This document shows positions 11,990 to 28,009 of a stretch of DNA of 64,000 nt, piece by piece; position 1 is the stretch's first letter, and every line of letters starts with the position of its first letter. The position numbers and the translations under genes are program-made. A model generated the notes under the pieces. It was not told where the DNA came from, did not search any database, and was given only the letters and a program-made list of their open reading frames with translations. The stretch lies in the NCBI RefSeq assembly GCF_009914755.1, contig NC_060947.1, one strand, 5' to 3'. This stretch comes from the human T2T-CHM13v2.0 reference genome, Homo sapiens.

Positions 11990-12440
11990 TGTCCAGATAT
12001 AATTAATTGCAATAGCTGTAAATTGGCAACAACTCAAATATGTAGTAAAATATAATAGAATGAATAAATTGTAGAATATGAATATAGTGGAATATTATAC
12101 AGCAGAGAAATGAATCAAGCATATTTACAAATAGCATAGATAAACCTTCCAAACAAATGTTGAGGAAAATAAGTAATGTAAACCAAATATCACACAAAGC
12201 AAACTGCATGGTTCCAATTTTATAAGGTATCAAAACAGGCAGAGTTAATTGAACATGCTTGGCTTTGGGGAGAATAGAATGAGTAGCGACAGAGACAGGA
12301 TGTGAAGGGTATTTCTGAGGTGCTGTCAGTATTCTATTTATCGACATAAATGGTTAGTATATGGGTGTGTTCTCTATGCTAATGCATCCAGTGGGTTACT
12401 AGGTATAATTTCAGTATTTAGGTTATATGTTGATCTAAAG
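11990..12440 (+). mobile_element. L1ME-type 3' end
   Basis: aatgaataaattgtag...tggaatattatacagca...ttctgaggtgctgtcagtattctattt. Confidence 0.7.
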
Positions 12441-12918
12441 CTAAAGGCAACTTGGTCATGTTTATGGATGTCTGTTAAATATTTTCTTTGCATTTTAAAA
12501 TAAATTCACTGTGCAAATTTAAGAGTCATTATTACAAGTAAAAAAGAGTCATTGAGTTCTGCCAGTTCTATTGCCTTTTAGAATGGCAGTGATATACTAT
12601 ATTTGTAAATATGAGAAGATGTAGAATTAAAAGTTGACTAGTAAACTACTGCATTGGTAGGGAAATTCGACTCCAGGTGGAAGCAGATTCAATATATTAG
12701 TAAAAGATTATTGGCCTACCTCAGATTCAAGTATTACCACACATCCTGAAATGTGTGTAAATATCCTTAAATACAGGCCTTCAGATTATTCCAGCAACAT
12801 AGGGACCTGATAGTACCGTGATTTCTGCAAGTTATTAGAAGGAATAATCAGGATCTGTATTTATCAAAGAAATAAACAAGTTTCCTGTAATCCTAGTGAG
12901 ACCCTGGGCAACAAGTTA

Positions 12919-13322
<404 letters not shown>

Positions 13323-13680
13323 TCATATATAGTTATCATGGATGACATTTGGATTTAGAGAGAGAGATGAGTTGGAAAGTAAATAAAAGTAAACACATAA
13401 ATTCTCTCAGAACTATCAATACTTACTTCAAAGGCCACCATTTTTGCAGAAGTTAAAATACCCATATTTTAAGAAAATTTAAACATAGGGAAGGTGATAT
13501 TGTACAAATGAGGCAAATTTCTACAAACATCTCTAATGTTTCTAATTCTTAGCTTCGAATTATTAACTGTAAGTGAGAAACTTTTAGAAGTGACTTCATT
13601 TAAGAAAAAAATTTACCCAACAATTTTCAAAACATGCAGAGTCGTTCATGTACTTAATTTGATTTTAAAAATTTGAGTGT

Positions 13681-14061
<381 letters not shown>

Positions 14062-15945
14062 TTAGTTTGCAAAAATGGACGCCACACATCCGCTTTTAGA
14101 GGTAAGAGAATTATTAGAAAAAGGTTTTGCTCCCTTCATGCGGGCTATGACTGCAGAGGCCCACTGTCCCCAAGTCTAAAGAATGCTCTTCCAAATTATG
14201 GAACTGAATTTTAAACATGTTTCATAATCTGCTCCATAGCGTACATTAAGTACAGGTGTTGATGTAGGCATTATGTGTGATGCCTACATTTGTCCCCAGG
14301 AATTACACGTACGTGGTGCCTGTTAGCACTGCCTGCACCCTCACATTCACCACAGCTGCATGAACACACAGTCCCACCACCCAGCCCTGCTAACAAACTG
14401 TGGGCCCCTTCTCTATTTGGATGTGGTTATTTTTCTTTGAAACTAAATTCCAATTTCTTTTTTTTAATCTCTTCTGACCCAAATCTTCACTTGTCCTTTT
14501 TTCTCTTTCCTTTTCCTTAAAAATAAACAGAAGTTAAATGTTAGCATTAGAGATTAAAGAAGAAAAGTTACTGTTAATATTTCAATATATGATTTACAAC
14601 ATAGACCTTAATTCTGATGAAAAAGTTAAATAAATGACTCTGAGATTCTGGTATGTGCAATGTATACTGCATCAAGCTGTGAAGTCTATGAAGGTTTAAA
14701 CCAGATACCATCAAGGTGGCGTAGTTTCACTTGTTAAATCACACATAAAATTATGGAATATTGTATGACAATAATGCTCTCTTAAGTAACAGAAATCAAC
14801 AATGTATCAGATTGGTTCTGTTAGCATAGCAAAGGAATCCCACAGGTAATGATTGCGTTAGGATTTCAGGAATGAAACAATGATGAGTTTGCAATTGTAG
14901 TGAGTTGCCAGAATTCTGGCATCTAAGACGCATCATCGGTCATCTGGTCTCTGTATGAGATGAACTCTTGTGTTTCCTCGGATTGGTATTGATGGTGTTT
15001 TAAATGATTCAGTTTATAATTGAACTCTGAGAAAAAAGTACCACTGAAATCTTATTTAGAATAGTCTGTTTTGATGGTTACATCCTTGCTTTTTCTCCCT
15101 ACAAGGTACATTGTCTTTCATATCATATTGTTACATTTTAATTGTCTTTCTTTAATTGTGACTCCATAATACTTCAAACACTCTAAATACTCAAGGGATG
15201 CTTTATCAAATAATTCATATTGATACAAATATGGAGCTAAAATAATGAGGCATAGAAACACCGCAAAACTTTTGTTTTTTGACTGTAATAGTCTATCAAC
15301 TTCAATTAAATTGCGTTTTATCCCAGTCTACTAGGATTTTTTTACTATTACTGCTGCTACTACAAACATACACACCACATGCATACATGCCACATAAAAG
15401 CAGGAGTTTTTATATCCATCCTTGAATGTTTAAAATCATTTCATAAAGCACAGCTAAAATAATTATGGTTAGATATTTGACACTAGGTGATTGATTACAC
15501 AAGACAAATACTAGAGCACATAAAATAAAAAATAGGTATAAAATCCCATCTGTGTGTGCCCCATAGGAGCTGTGTAATAAACTCATATAAAATAATTAGA
15601 CATGACAGTATCAAATTTCACCAATAAAAATATTTAAGGGTATCATTGTCAACATAAACAACTCTCAAAGAGATAAATTGATAACATCAAGGTATTGGAA
15701 TGGGAAGTGTGGAATGAATTATTTATCAGTCTTAATACTAACAGCATATCAATCTAAAAGGTAAATGTCTTTAAATCATCTTGGGAGGATATTGCTAAAA
15801 CAGTCTTGTGGAGGAAAGCTTTGGACAGAAAAATGTTGCATTCATCAGTATACACGATTGTGGTGTTTCATGGTCATTACTTACTTCATTAAGTTCCTAA
15901 AAGATGGGTCTGTCCTTTGGGGGAGGTTTAGATGGTTTCTCTTTA

Positions 15946-16028
15946 TTTTACTAACGAGAGTTGGGGTGTCTGAGTCTGGGCCTTGCAGATGTACTTACAT
16001 ATCATGTGTACACACCGCTGAACCTAAT
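15946..16028. repeat. 83-bp local direct repeat, copy 1
   Basis: 72/83 identical to 17250-17332 by manual ungapped alignment. Confidence 0.9.
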
Positions 16029-17249
16029 TTTCCTATCCAATAGCAAAGTGGTCAATTATACAAAATCCTCTAAGCACAGCAAGGATGATCTTGCCATTTC
16101 CTTTCACTTTATGCCTCTACTCCCAAAATACAACTGACATTCAGTAGAATTATGTAAGGCAAGGATGTATAAACTCCCAAAAGAAGGTATGAGTTTTTTT
16201 CTGCCTGGTGATAATGCCGTGCATGTATTTTCTGAAAGACAATAAAAGAAGTCTTGCTCAGATTCCTGTGATGAGCTTGCTAAGGTGCTTCTACCAAGTG
16301 TCAGAGATCCAAATGTGGAAAAAACTTTATTAAGCTTTCCGTATCAATCAATGCCCATAAGAAAGGAATTCTACTGCACCAAGGACAGAATGATTCCCAA
16401 AAGATCTGATACAATTTTTGGAAACTTAGCATGTCTGCAGTATCTTGATGCAAAGCCTGTGATACGTTATGTGTCCATTTATTAGATGAAAAAAAAAGCC
16501 GTACATTGAGGTATTTCAGGACATCACAACTCAAGGTAGTGGAAGAAAGTCTAATTTTAAACTGAATTGACCAGTTTTTCTTACGTCAAATTAACCAATT
16601 GGTTGTTTCGCTTCACTGGGTCATCAAGCTATTTGAAACATATTCAATAGCAGTTTTCACATTGAAACCAGAAAACAAAAAACTGCACTGCTTGCATTAT
16701 AATTATTATTCACCAGTGTCTTGAATGGGGACAACTAGAGTCAATAAACAATCTTTATTTCCATCCAAGTTGGTCTTAAACTCTCATGATTTTCTCATAT
16801 TTTCACTTTTGTGTTTCTTTTGCTTTTTATTTACTCACCCAGTCCCCTCTCACCCACTCCTCTCCTTTCTCAAGACCCTCTCTTGTGCTCTTGGAACTGT
16901 TCCTCCGAAATAGCATTTTTTTTTCATATTCAATTACTTCTTTAAGCAGATCTTCCACCTCCGTCCCGTAACCTGCCTTGACCCTGAGGACACCATCTGT
17001 CCTCCAGCCCTTTAAAGTGAGTGTGAACTTTCCTGTCCTATAGCATAAATCCCCTTTATATACTTCATTGCTCTTCAATGTATCTTCCAATCCATTGCTT
17101 TTTTTTAACTTACAAATGCAAAGAAAATCAAAAGCACAAATATGAAATAACACACAAGCCAGGTTCCCTTCATATTCAGTTCCCTGTGACTTTTGTGGAC
17201 ACAATAAGCTCTTGAACTTCTTACCATTGCTCAAGCTGAGACCAGTGGT

Positions 17250-17332
17250 TTTTACTAATGAGAGTTGAGGTGTCTGAGTCTGGGCCTTGAAGATGTATTT
17301 ACTTATCAGCTGTACATGTCGCTGAGCCTAAT
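17250..17332. repeat. 83-bp local direct repeat, copy 2
   Basis: Matches 15946-16028; flanks are unrelated. Confidence 0.9.
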
Positions 17333-17499
17333 ATGGCCAGCCCACTCAAAGCCACACCTTCTTAATTCCTTAACCATTTCATTCATTGCCTAGGCAGGGT
17401 CCTTGTTAGTTTCAAACAGAATGCTTTTTTTTTTTTTTCCAGGAACAAAGCATTCATGCCAAGCAAAAGATGTTCTGTATTTTGACTTGTTTCTAAATA

Positions 17500-18720
17500 T
17501 TTATTTTCTATTTTATGTTTCTTCCACATGGTCTGTCTTGCTTTTTAAAGATCTCTTTAATTAAAAAAAAATCTTTTTCTATTTTTCTACTCGATGTGTT
17601 CTAGATTACAGGTTATCTGACAGTATTTTTCCCCAAACATGTTTGAAGGATGAATTTAAGCAATATTTTTTTTTTCTGCTGAACATCAAAAGGGGCTTAG
17701 AAAACTTGAAGCCTGGACATTTCATTTCTAATTTATGTGAGCTGATGTTGTCATATGTTTTTAGTTAGTTCTATCTTATTATACTTCAATTTCCATAGTG
17801 CATTATCATTTTCACTGAATCGAGTCAATGTGTGTTTAGATTTAGCTACATATTGGCCACCTTCAATATTCTTCGTTTTCCTTGTTTCTCATACTTTGAA
17901 TCTGAATTGTGCTCTTCCTTCTTGAGACATTGCCACAAAATTCAAATAATGTTAAGAACTTCTTTGAGACTTTGCCACCCACCACTAAAATAAATTCTAA
18001 AAGGATCTTTTTGACTTCGTAAACTATCTTCACTTTGACCTTCCTCCTGAAGGGTATTTTGCTGGATTTAGAGCTGTACATTGAGGTTATTGTGGAGAAA
18101 TCAGACCTCAGTTGAATTGTTATTACTTTGTTTTTCTTTTTAAAAATTGTTTTCTTACTTGTAAGATCTTTTCTTCGCCTTGTTTCTCTGAATTTGTAGC
18201 CTATACTTTTTCTAGGTCTGAGTCTGTACATATGCTGTTTGGATTGCAGGTTTTTTAACTGAGAATCAGTATCTTCAATTAATTTGATAAAACCATTAGG
18301 CAATCACTTGAAAGATAGTTTCACGCCCTCCCATTTTTCTCACCTCTCCCCCTAAAGCCTTGAATAGCTACATTTCAAGCATCTTCATTTTATTATTTTA
18401 TATTTCTTAAACTCACTTTTCAGTTGTTCATCCCTTAGTCTCACCATAGTTGGGTCCTTTATTTAAATGTTTCACACCATCAGTCACTTTCTGGCCCCTC
18501 CTCTTAGGAGCCCTTTCTTGCTTTCACTCCCTTTTTCATTTATTTAGATGCATTTATATACGGAAGAAGCATACTTATTTTACGTTTTACCTCTGATCAT
18601 TTTTACATTTGGAAGCTTTGTTGATTTGACTGTTTTTCTTCTTTCAATTACATCTCCTCTGTGTTGCATGAATTGGGCCACAGACTCTGTAGTCAACTCT
18701 CATTTATCTGTTGAAATTCT
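17500..18720 (-). mobile_element. Old L1M/HAL1 fragment with ORF1 remnant
   Basis: Minus ORF 17863-18303 shows decayed L1 ORF1p motifs (FIKLIEDTDSQ, PRKSI, IQLRSDFS); may continue at about 19920-20750. Confidence 0.65.
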
Positions 18721-18726
18721 TTGAAA

Positions 18727-19545
18727 AAAATGCTCAACATCACTAATCATTAGAGAAACAAAAATTAAAATCCCAAGAGATAAAATTTTTCCCTAGTGAG
18801 GATGGCTATTACTAGAAAGACAAAAAATAACAGATGATAGTAAGGCTGTGGAGAAAAAGGAACAGTTATACACTGTTGGTGGGAATGGAAACTAGTACGA
18901 TGTCTTTGAAAACAGGACAGACCTGTCTCAAAAACCTAAAAATAGAACTGCCATTTAACCCAGCAATCCCACTACTGGGTATCTACCAAAGGGAAAGAAA
19001 TCATTATATGAAAAAAAAAGACACCTGCACTTGTATGTTTATTGCAGCATTATACACAATAGCACAGATATGGAATCAACCTAAGTGTACATCAACAGAA
19101 GATTAAATAAAGAAAATGTGGTATATATACACCATGGAATACTATACAGCCGTACGAAATCATGTATTTTGCAGCAACATGGTTGGAACAGGAGGCCATT
19201 ATCTTAAATGAAGTAAGTCAGAAAGTCAAATACCACATGTTCTCACTTATAAGTGGGAGCCAGACAATGGGTACACATGGACATAAAGAGTGGAGTAATA
19301 GACATCAGAGACTAGGAAGAGTGGGAGGGTGAGGAAGGCCAGGGATAAGAAATTACCTAATGGGTACGATGTATATTATTCTGGTAATGCTTATACTAAA
19401 AGCCCAACTTCACCTCTATATGTTCACCAAGCATATCCACCTCAATGGATATGTTTATCCCTGTAACAAAACTGCAGTTGTTCCCCTTAAATGTAAACAA
19501 ATAAAATAAATAAATGAGTACATAAATAAATACACATTTTTAAAA
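18727..19545 (+). mobile_element. 5'-truncated L1MA (L1MA2/3-like) with ORF2 C-terminus and 3'UTR
   Basis: ORF 18834-19106 contains KIELPFNPAIPLLGIY and TCMFIAAL...WNQPKC; candidate TSD attctttgaaa at 18716-18726 and 19564-19574. Confidence 0.92.
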
Positions 19546-19590
19546 GGAAGTAAAAATCGATACATTCTTTGAAACCCGTGACAAAGGTAG

Positions 19591-19902
<312 letters not shown>

Positions 19903-20246
19903 AACAAAGGTAGATTATGAAAGCCATTTTGCATTCCAGGAATCTGTGCACTCACTGTTATAGCTGCAGACTTTATATTTTCATCTTAACGTTAGCACAT
20001 ACTTGAACAAGGCAGATAGAGTGCATTTGGGCTGAGAACCCTCTGGTGCATTCACTTCTGGTTCAAATTTCTTTGTATTTATTATTTTCTCATCACTCAA
20101 TACCACAATCCCAAGGGGAAGGAATCATGCCTGTCTATGTCCTTTCCAAGATGCTGGGAGTGTAGGGTATTTCTAGTTCATGTGTTCAGTGTAGGGATAG
20201 CTCTTTGCAGTGTGGACTGTACATGGGGTGGTGGTTCTCCTGTTAA

Positions 20247-20650
<404 letters not shown>

Positions 20651-20762
20651 CAAGATGCTTCTTATTTGTTACATTCCTGTTTCTCCTTTGCCTTTTGCTC
20701 ATAAAGACTTAATGCTCTCCTGTGACCTCAGTAATCCATGATTCATGTCAAAAGATGTCTAG

Positions 20763-21052
20763 GGCTGGGTGTGGTGGCTCATGCCTGTAATTCCAGCATT
20801 TTGGGAGGCTGAGGGAGGAGGATTGCTTTGTCCCAGGAGTTCGAGACCAGATCAGCCTTGACAACATAGGGAGACCCTCCATCTTTACAAAAAATATTGA
20901 AAATTATCCGGGCATGATGCTGCACACCTGTAGTCCTAGCTAATTGAGAGGCTGCGGTGGGAGGCTCACTTGAGCCCAAGAGGTCAAGGCTGCAATGAGT
21001 TGTGATTGTGCCACTGCTCTCTATCCTGGGTGACAGAGTGAGACCCTATCTC

Positions 21053-21081
<29 letters not shown>
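20763..21081 (+). mobile_element. AluJ SINE with long poly-A
   Basis: J-type arms (gaggtcaaggctgca). Confidence 0.92.
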
Positions 21082-21084
<3 letters not shown>

Positions 21085-22084
21085 AGAGAGAGAGAGAACA
21101 AGACAAGAATTCTAATAAATTTTTTCTAAATAAATATTGGATTTAGCATTTTTAGTTGTTTCCTCCCTCCAAATTTGCAGTGGTATGTTAGTGATAAGAT
21201 TGGCAATGGAAATCACCATACACGCTTTTCTGTTCTTACATGACATGGCCAATCTCACCATCTTGCAGCATTTTCTTCCTTCTCTTGTGTCTGTTGCCAA
21301 AATGATGATCTGGTTTTCCCATGACCAGGACAGATGTAAACCCCCTTTTTTCTATGTCACTGGCCCTTTTTCCTCAGCTTATTACTGAATTGTTAGAATA
21401 CCCAGAATCAGGAACTGATTCCTTCTCTCTCTACACACCCTGATTACCTAATTTCATCTAGTTGCGTGGCTTTGGCTTTTAATATCATCAGTGTGATAAT
21501 AACTCCCCAAACCTTGCTTGCAGCCCTGAACTCTCTATTCAAGTCAAAACCTGTAAAGTTTCCAGCTTCTTGCATAATTCCGTTTGATTGTTTAATAATT
21601 ATCTTGCATAGATTCTTGGAGGGGCCAAATGAAGTATCACATCCCTCTTTCTCAGTTGAGTTCAGCATTCCCAGAAAGCCAGCCCAGGATCCAGCTTTAT
21701 CCTTGTTTAATTTACTAACGGTGTGTGACCTTTGGTTTGTGGGGGTCCGTCCATGGAAAACAACATCATCTTGTGACAAGAGAGAGAAAATAGATTCTAT
21801 TGCTTCTGAGGTTAATAAGCCTCACAAAATAGGAGGAAGATTAGAGGAGAAGGAGATGTTAAGTCTCTTCCCTGAAACTCTTCAAGTCAGACACCTCACT
21901 TCTCCCATGGATAAGGAAAGGATTGGCCAGTCCTCAAGGAAACTTAAGGAGTAGGGAAAATTATTTATAAAACTATCTAAAATTAACAAGGATAAATATA
22001 AACGGTATAATTCTCCACACAGGGAATTCCCAGTTTCATGAAAGGGCACCATTATCTGCTTAATTTTTCAAATCAAGGACATAG

Positions 22085-22878
22085 AAGTAGATATTTGCAC
22101 ACCCGTGCTCATAGCAGAACAATTCACAACAGCCAACATGTGGAAGCAACCCTAGTGTCCATCAAGGGATGAATGGATAAGCAAAATGTGGTCTATCCAT
22201 ACAACATTTAATGAATGGGAGTCATTAAAATGGATAAAAGTCTGACACATGCTACAGCGTGGTTGTACCTAGAGGACGTGACACTAAGCAAAACAAGCCC
22301 ATCACAAAAGGACAAATACTGTATGATTCCACTCATATGAGGTACTGAGAATCGTCAGAATCATAGACAGAAGGTAGAATGGGGGATGCCAGGGAGTGTG
22401 GAGAGGGGTCAAATATAACGGAGATGGATGGTGGTAACGGTTATACAACAAAGGGAATGTACTCAGTACCATAAATTGTGCACTCAAAATGGTTAGAGAA
22501 AGAAATTGTAGGTCCAGCGCGGTGGTTACCATCTGTAATCTCCACACTTTGGGGGACTAAGCCAGGAGAATCACTTGAGTCCAGGAGTTTAAGACCAGCC
22601 TGGGCAACATAGCAAGACCTTGTCTATACCAAAAAGATTTAAAAATATAAAAATTAGCTGGGCACGGTGTCATGTCCCTATAGCCACAGCTAGTCAAGAG
22701 GCTGAAGGGGAAAGATCGCTTGAGCCCGGAAGTTTTAGGCTGCAGTGAGCTATGTTTGTGTTACTGCACTCCAGCCCAGGCAACAGAGAGAGATCTTGTC
22801 TCAATTTTTTTTTTTTTAAAGAAAGCAAGAAAGTGAATTTTATGGTATGCATATTTTAATATAATAGAAAAATTAAAA
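22085..22878 (+). mobile_element. L1MB-type 3' end interrupted by AluJ
   Basis: gatatttgcacacccgtgctcatagcag...ggataagcaaaatgtgg...gtgaattttatggtatg. Confidence 0.85.
22511..22820 (+). mobile_element. AluJ SINE with T-run in the tail
   Basis: J-type dimer ending gatcttgtctcaa, then a run of T. Confidence 0.88.
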
Positions 22879-23402
22879 ATCAGTAGTTGCCTTTGATTCT
22901 TTTGTTGATTACTTCTGATCAGTACGTGTGTCCTGATACCTCTACTCTGATTAATACCATTATCCCATCCACTTTGTCTCACTTACACCATGGCAAAACC
23001 TGCTTCAGAGACTCTCAGCCTCCATGCTCCGTCTCCTATAACCCATTCTTTACATAGTAGTCAGTATGATTTTGTAAAAATATAAAGCAGGTCATTATGC
23101 CCCAGAGCTCAATAGGAACTATTGACTTTCCATCACATAGAATATAACATTCAAGTCTTTTGTATTTGTGATCAAAGCAATAAATGATAAGCTTGTCTAC
23201 ACATGCTACTTAAACTCTTAATTTTCTCCACCAATTCAGTATGCCCTGGTTACTCTGCCCTTCTTTTGGTTCCTTGAGCTCACCAAAGTTATTTAGCTAA
23301 AAATGTTTGTGCTGTGGGATTGGTTTCCACCTCCATGTGATGGAGTGGAAGCTCCTGCCTGTCACTCCCTGTCCAGCCTAAATTTCTCCTCTTTAATAGT
23401 AC

Positions 23403-23758
23403 TGCTACAATCTGAATGTTTGTGCCCCAAACTCAAATTCCTATCTTGAAATCATAATCCCCAAGATGATGGTGTTAGGAGGTGAGGCCTTTGGGAGGTG
23501 ATGAAGTCAGGAGGGTGGAGCCTCATGAATGGGATTAGCGCCCTTATAAAAGGGACCTCGTGGAGCTCCCTCGCCCCTTTCACCATGTGACGACATAGTG
23601 AGAAGGTGCTGTCTATGAACCAGGAAGCAGGTCCTTACCAGACACTGAATCTGCCATGCCTTGATCTTGGGTTTCCAGCCTCCAGAACTGTGAGAAATAA
23701 ATGCCTGTTGTTTAAGCCCCCAAGTCTATGGTGTTGTCATAGCCATGCAAAGTATCAC
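23403..23758 (+). mobile_element. MLT1A0-type MaLR solo LTR
   Basis: tgctacaatctgaatgtttgtg...ccagcctccagaactgtgagaaataaa. Confidence 0.9.
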
Positions 23759-23781
23759 AGGTACCTTCTGTTATCACCTAG

Positions 23782-24105
<324 letters not shown>

Positions 24106-25565
24106 TTCATCCTCACATCTTATTTGTCTGTATAGCTCCTGTTATCAGTGGTTTTTTCATATTACAAATCTACTCATTTTGAATCACCTGTTCCCAGAAA
24201 TGAGGTTCTCAGAATATGCAACTGGAGAAAGCCCTCTGTCCAGTGCATCATGTAGTCTTGGTCTGAATCCTTGACCAGCACTCACTGGTCATTCTGCAAA
24301 ATTTTGAGTGTTGAGTGAATGGTGGTGTGTGTCAAAATAGGCGGTCAAGACTCAAGTAGTTGACTTCCTCCTGCTGCTGCTCTCTCTAAAAAAGACCAAG
24401 TGATTTCTGGAGATTCATTCCAGCTCTTATTTAAATGAAAAGGTGTATACTTTGTGTCTTTTATGAACTGAGAGTTCTTTCTGGAATGAGTGTTTATTTA
24501 TATTCTGCTCACACTGACTCCTGTTCTATTGACTCCTGGTGAAACTGAATAAAGACAGATATGTTGGCGAAAAAAGACAAGCATGCATTTGCAGAAAAGT
24601 GAAGTTCCCTCGGCCATTTTTTTTTTCCATTAGGCAGCCTGTTATGGAGCTGGGGCTGCATCTGTCCAAGGTCTTGTAGGGTGTCTTTTACTGAAGAAAT
24701 CTGAGACTGGAGGCCAAAGTGCTGTCAGGGGAAGTTGTTATTCTGTTTTCAGCCTCTTAAGCATCAAAAAAAGGTACCCATCAATAATTTAGTGCCATTG
24801 TAGGTGAATTTCACCATGCTGGGTTTTAAAAGAGGAGACGTCAAAATGGACCTGCTTTAAATTATTGAATGGAACTCTTACAAGATGTGTGGATTTACAT
24901 TTCATGTACATTTTTGCAGATTTTTTTTTAAATTAAACTGTTCCTTTTCTGAAGTAAATGTGACATCTTAAAAGTAGGATTAATGCAGAAGTATACAGAT
25001 AAAAAACAATGGAAATTAAATTTTGCAAGAAGCAGTATGTTTCTATGCATGTAAAAGGTGTATGTGTTTAAAAATTATGTGTACATAGGTATACTTTACA
25101 GACGGACAAAGATGCACACACACACACACGTTTACTGAGAAGAGAGAGAGAGAAAGAACATTAAGAGGCAACAAAGTTCTTAAACAAACACATTAGAGCA
25201 TTCAATACACATTCCGTATGATGCTGCCTCTTTTTTTTTTTTTAAGAAGAAAACAAATAAATTTTCCAAACAGAATTTTAGTAAGGTAGGAGATTAGGTT
25301 TATACCAGAACAAGTGGTCAAGTACTTAGTTATGAGATGTTTGAATTCTGTTTTCTTCTCTAATACATTTAGACATCAGATCTATGTAAAAAATTGCTTC
25401 ATTAATAAATTCAGTGAGGTGTTATTTGGATACTTGCAACTCAGTGCTTAACGTTCTAGGATTAGTCATAATCATTATGTTTTGAAGGTGAACCAATTAA
25501 GCACAGTATCTATTCTAAAATTGAACTATCGTCAAATGTGGATGGTCCATAAATATTTGGCACTT

Positions 25566-25839
25566 AGCTGAGTGCAGTGGCCCATGCCTGTAATCCTGAT
25601 ACTTTGGGAGGCCAAGGTGGGCAGATTGATGGGCCCAGGAGTTCGAGACCAGCCTGGGCAACATTTTAAAAAAAAATACAAAAATTAGCTGGGTGTGATG
25701 GCACAGGCCTGTAGTCCCAGCTACTCAGGAGGCTGAGGCAGGAGGATGGCTTGAGCCTGAGAGTTTGAGGCTGCGGTGAGCCAAGATTGCACCACTTCGC
25801 TCCAGCCCAGATGACAGAGTGAGACTCTCTCAAAAAAAA
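25566..25839 (+). mobile_element. AluJ SINE
   Basis: Dimer with shortened left-arm end. Confidence 0.9.
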
Positions 25840-25999
25840 TGGCACATATATAATCATTATTTTGAGTAATGCCTTATAATGTTGCACTGCTCTAATTATC
25901 TGTCATAAAATAGGGCATTTTAACCATACGGTTTCTAGTTGTTCTGGGAAAATATCTTCAATCTGGATGATCTACAATCATTGTTCATGGTATAAATGG

Positions 26000-26930
26000 C
26001 CTCTGGTCTCAAGGCCAAGCTTACTGAATAGCATACGGATGCCCTTTTGTCCTTCTTCTCTGATGTGTGTTGCTTTATTGGCTATTATCCAGATTCCTTG
26101 CAATGCACAACACCCTATCTCTACTGATGGAGTCACTGAGCACTGTTCAGTTTTAAAATCTGTAGAGCAATGTTCAACCATTTCATTTCTGGAGCTTCCT
26201 AGAGCATGCATCATTACTGATCATTTCCTGTTGTTTGAAACTTTGTCATTCCTTTGTAGCCATAACATGATTCTCCTGTTCCTATTATTCTTCATTATTC
26301 TCTTGCTCTTGCTCCTACCTCTTCTTTTTCCAATGTAGAAGCTTCCCTGTCTCTTCTTCCTGTGTCTCTCTTTTTAAAATCAGTAGATGTTGGGATTCAA
26401 CCTTCCACTGTTTTATCTTCTGTATCAGATCTCCATTTTCCCAGGTCAAATTCTCTCTCTCTCCCCTGGCTCTGATGAATCTTTCTATGCTGATGGCAGC
26501 CAAACCTGGCTATCTCATAAAATGGTCTTCTTATAATTTGGATCCTTGTATCCATCTGTCCAGTGAATATCCATCTCTCCCTGGATAAACCAAAGCCAAC
26601 TCAAAATCCTTGCACATGTCCAAACTGAATTTTCATTTTTCCCTAAGTAATGTGTCATCTTCATGAGTCTTCACTCAGGTGACAATAAAACAATGTTGTG
26701 TCCTAAGACATCATTACCTCAAGGCATCTAACTATCTTTGGCAATGCTCTGTCAATTTTTCTTGTGAATATCTCTCAGGCTCACCGATTCACTTCATCCC
26801 CGTCACCAGGTACTTGTTAGTTAGGTACACAAAATTATTCTTGTGGATTCCTGAAAGTCTTGTCACAGTTTGTTATCTGCAGACTCTCACTTATATTCAT
26901 CTCAAAGAAACGAACATGATCACCTGGTCT
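26000..26930 (+). mobile_element. L2 fragment
   Basis: tgatcatttcctgttgtttgaaactttg and catgtccaaactgaatt L2-like motifs. Confidence 0.6.
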
Positions 26931-26941
26931 AGTTCTTCCGA

Positions 26942-27165
26942 CAAGCCTGGACAATATAGCAAGATCCCATATCTATAAAATGTTTTCAAAAAAATTAGCT
27001 GGGTGTGGTGGTGTGCACCTGTGGTGCCTGCTATTCAGGAGGCTGAAGTAGGAGGATCCCTTGAGTCCAAGAGTTAGAGGCTGCAGTGAACAGTGATGGT
27101 GCCACTGCACTCCAGCCTGGGGAACAGAGTGAGACCCTGTCTCAAAAAAATAAATAAAATAAAAA
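26942..27165 (+). mobile_element. 5'-truncated AluJ
   Basis: Starts in the late left arm; complete right arm and A tail. Confidence 0.88.
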
Positions 27166-27204
27166 TCTTTGTTGGTTAGTGCCCCTAACAAAATATCCAC
27201 ATTA

Positions 27205-27833
<629 letters not shown>

Positions 27834-28009
27834 CTAAAATCAAGGAGTTGGCTAAGTGTTCAGTTCAGCGGCATGCAGCACATGCACATGGTTGAGGAAC
27901 CATTGCCTCCATTCACCTCCAGAAGTTTTGCATCTTCCCCAGCTGAAACTCTGTATCCATTGCAACACTAATCCACATTGCCCTTCCCCAGCATCTGCAA
28001 CCTTCATTC

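Noticed and set aside
17863-18303. 146-aa ORF
   Set aside because: Decayed L1/HAL1 ORF1 remnant, not a host gene
18834-19106. 90-aa ORF
   Set aside because: L1 ORF2 C-terminal fragment of a truncated element
21444-21954. Overlapping 162-aa (+) and 111-aa (-) ORFs
   Set aside because: Non-ATG starts and no recognisable homology; length compatible with chance
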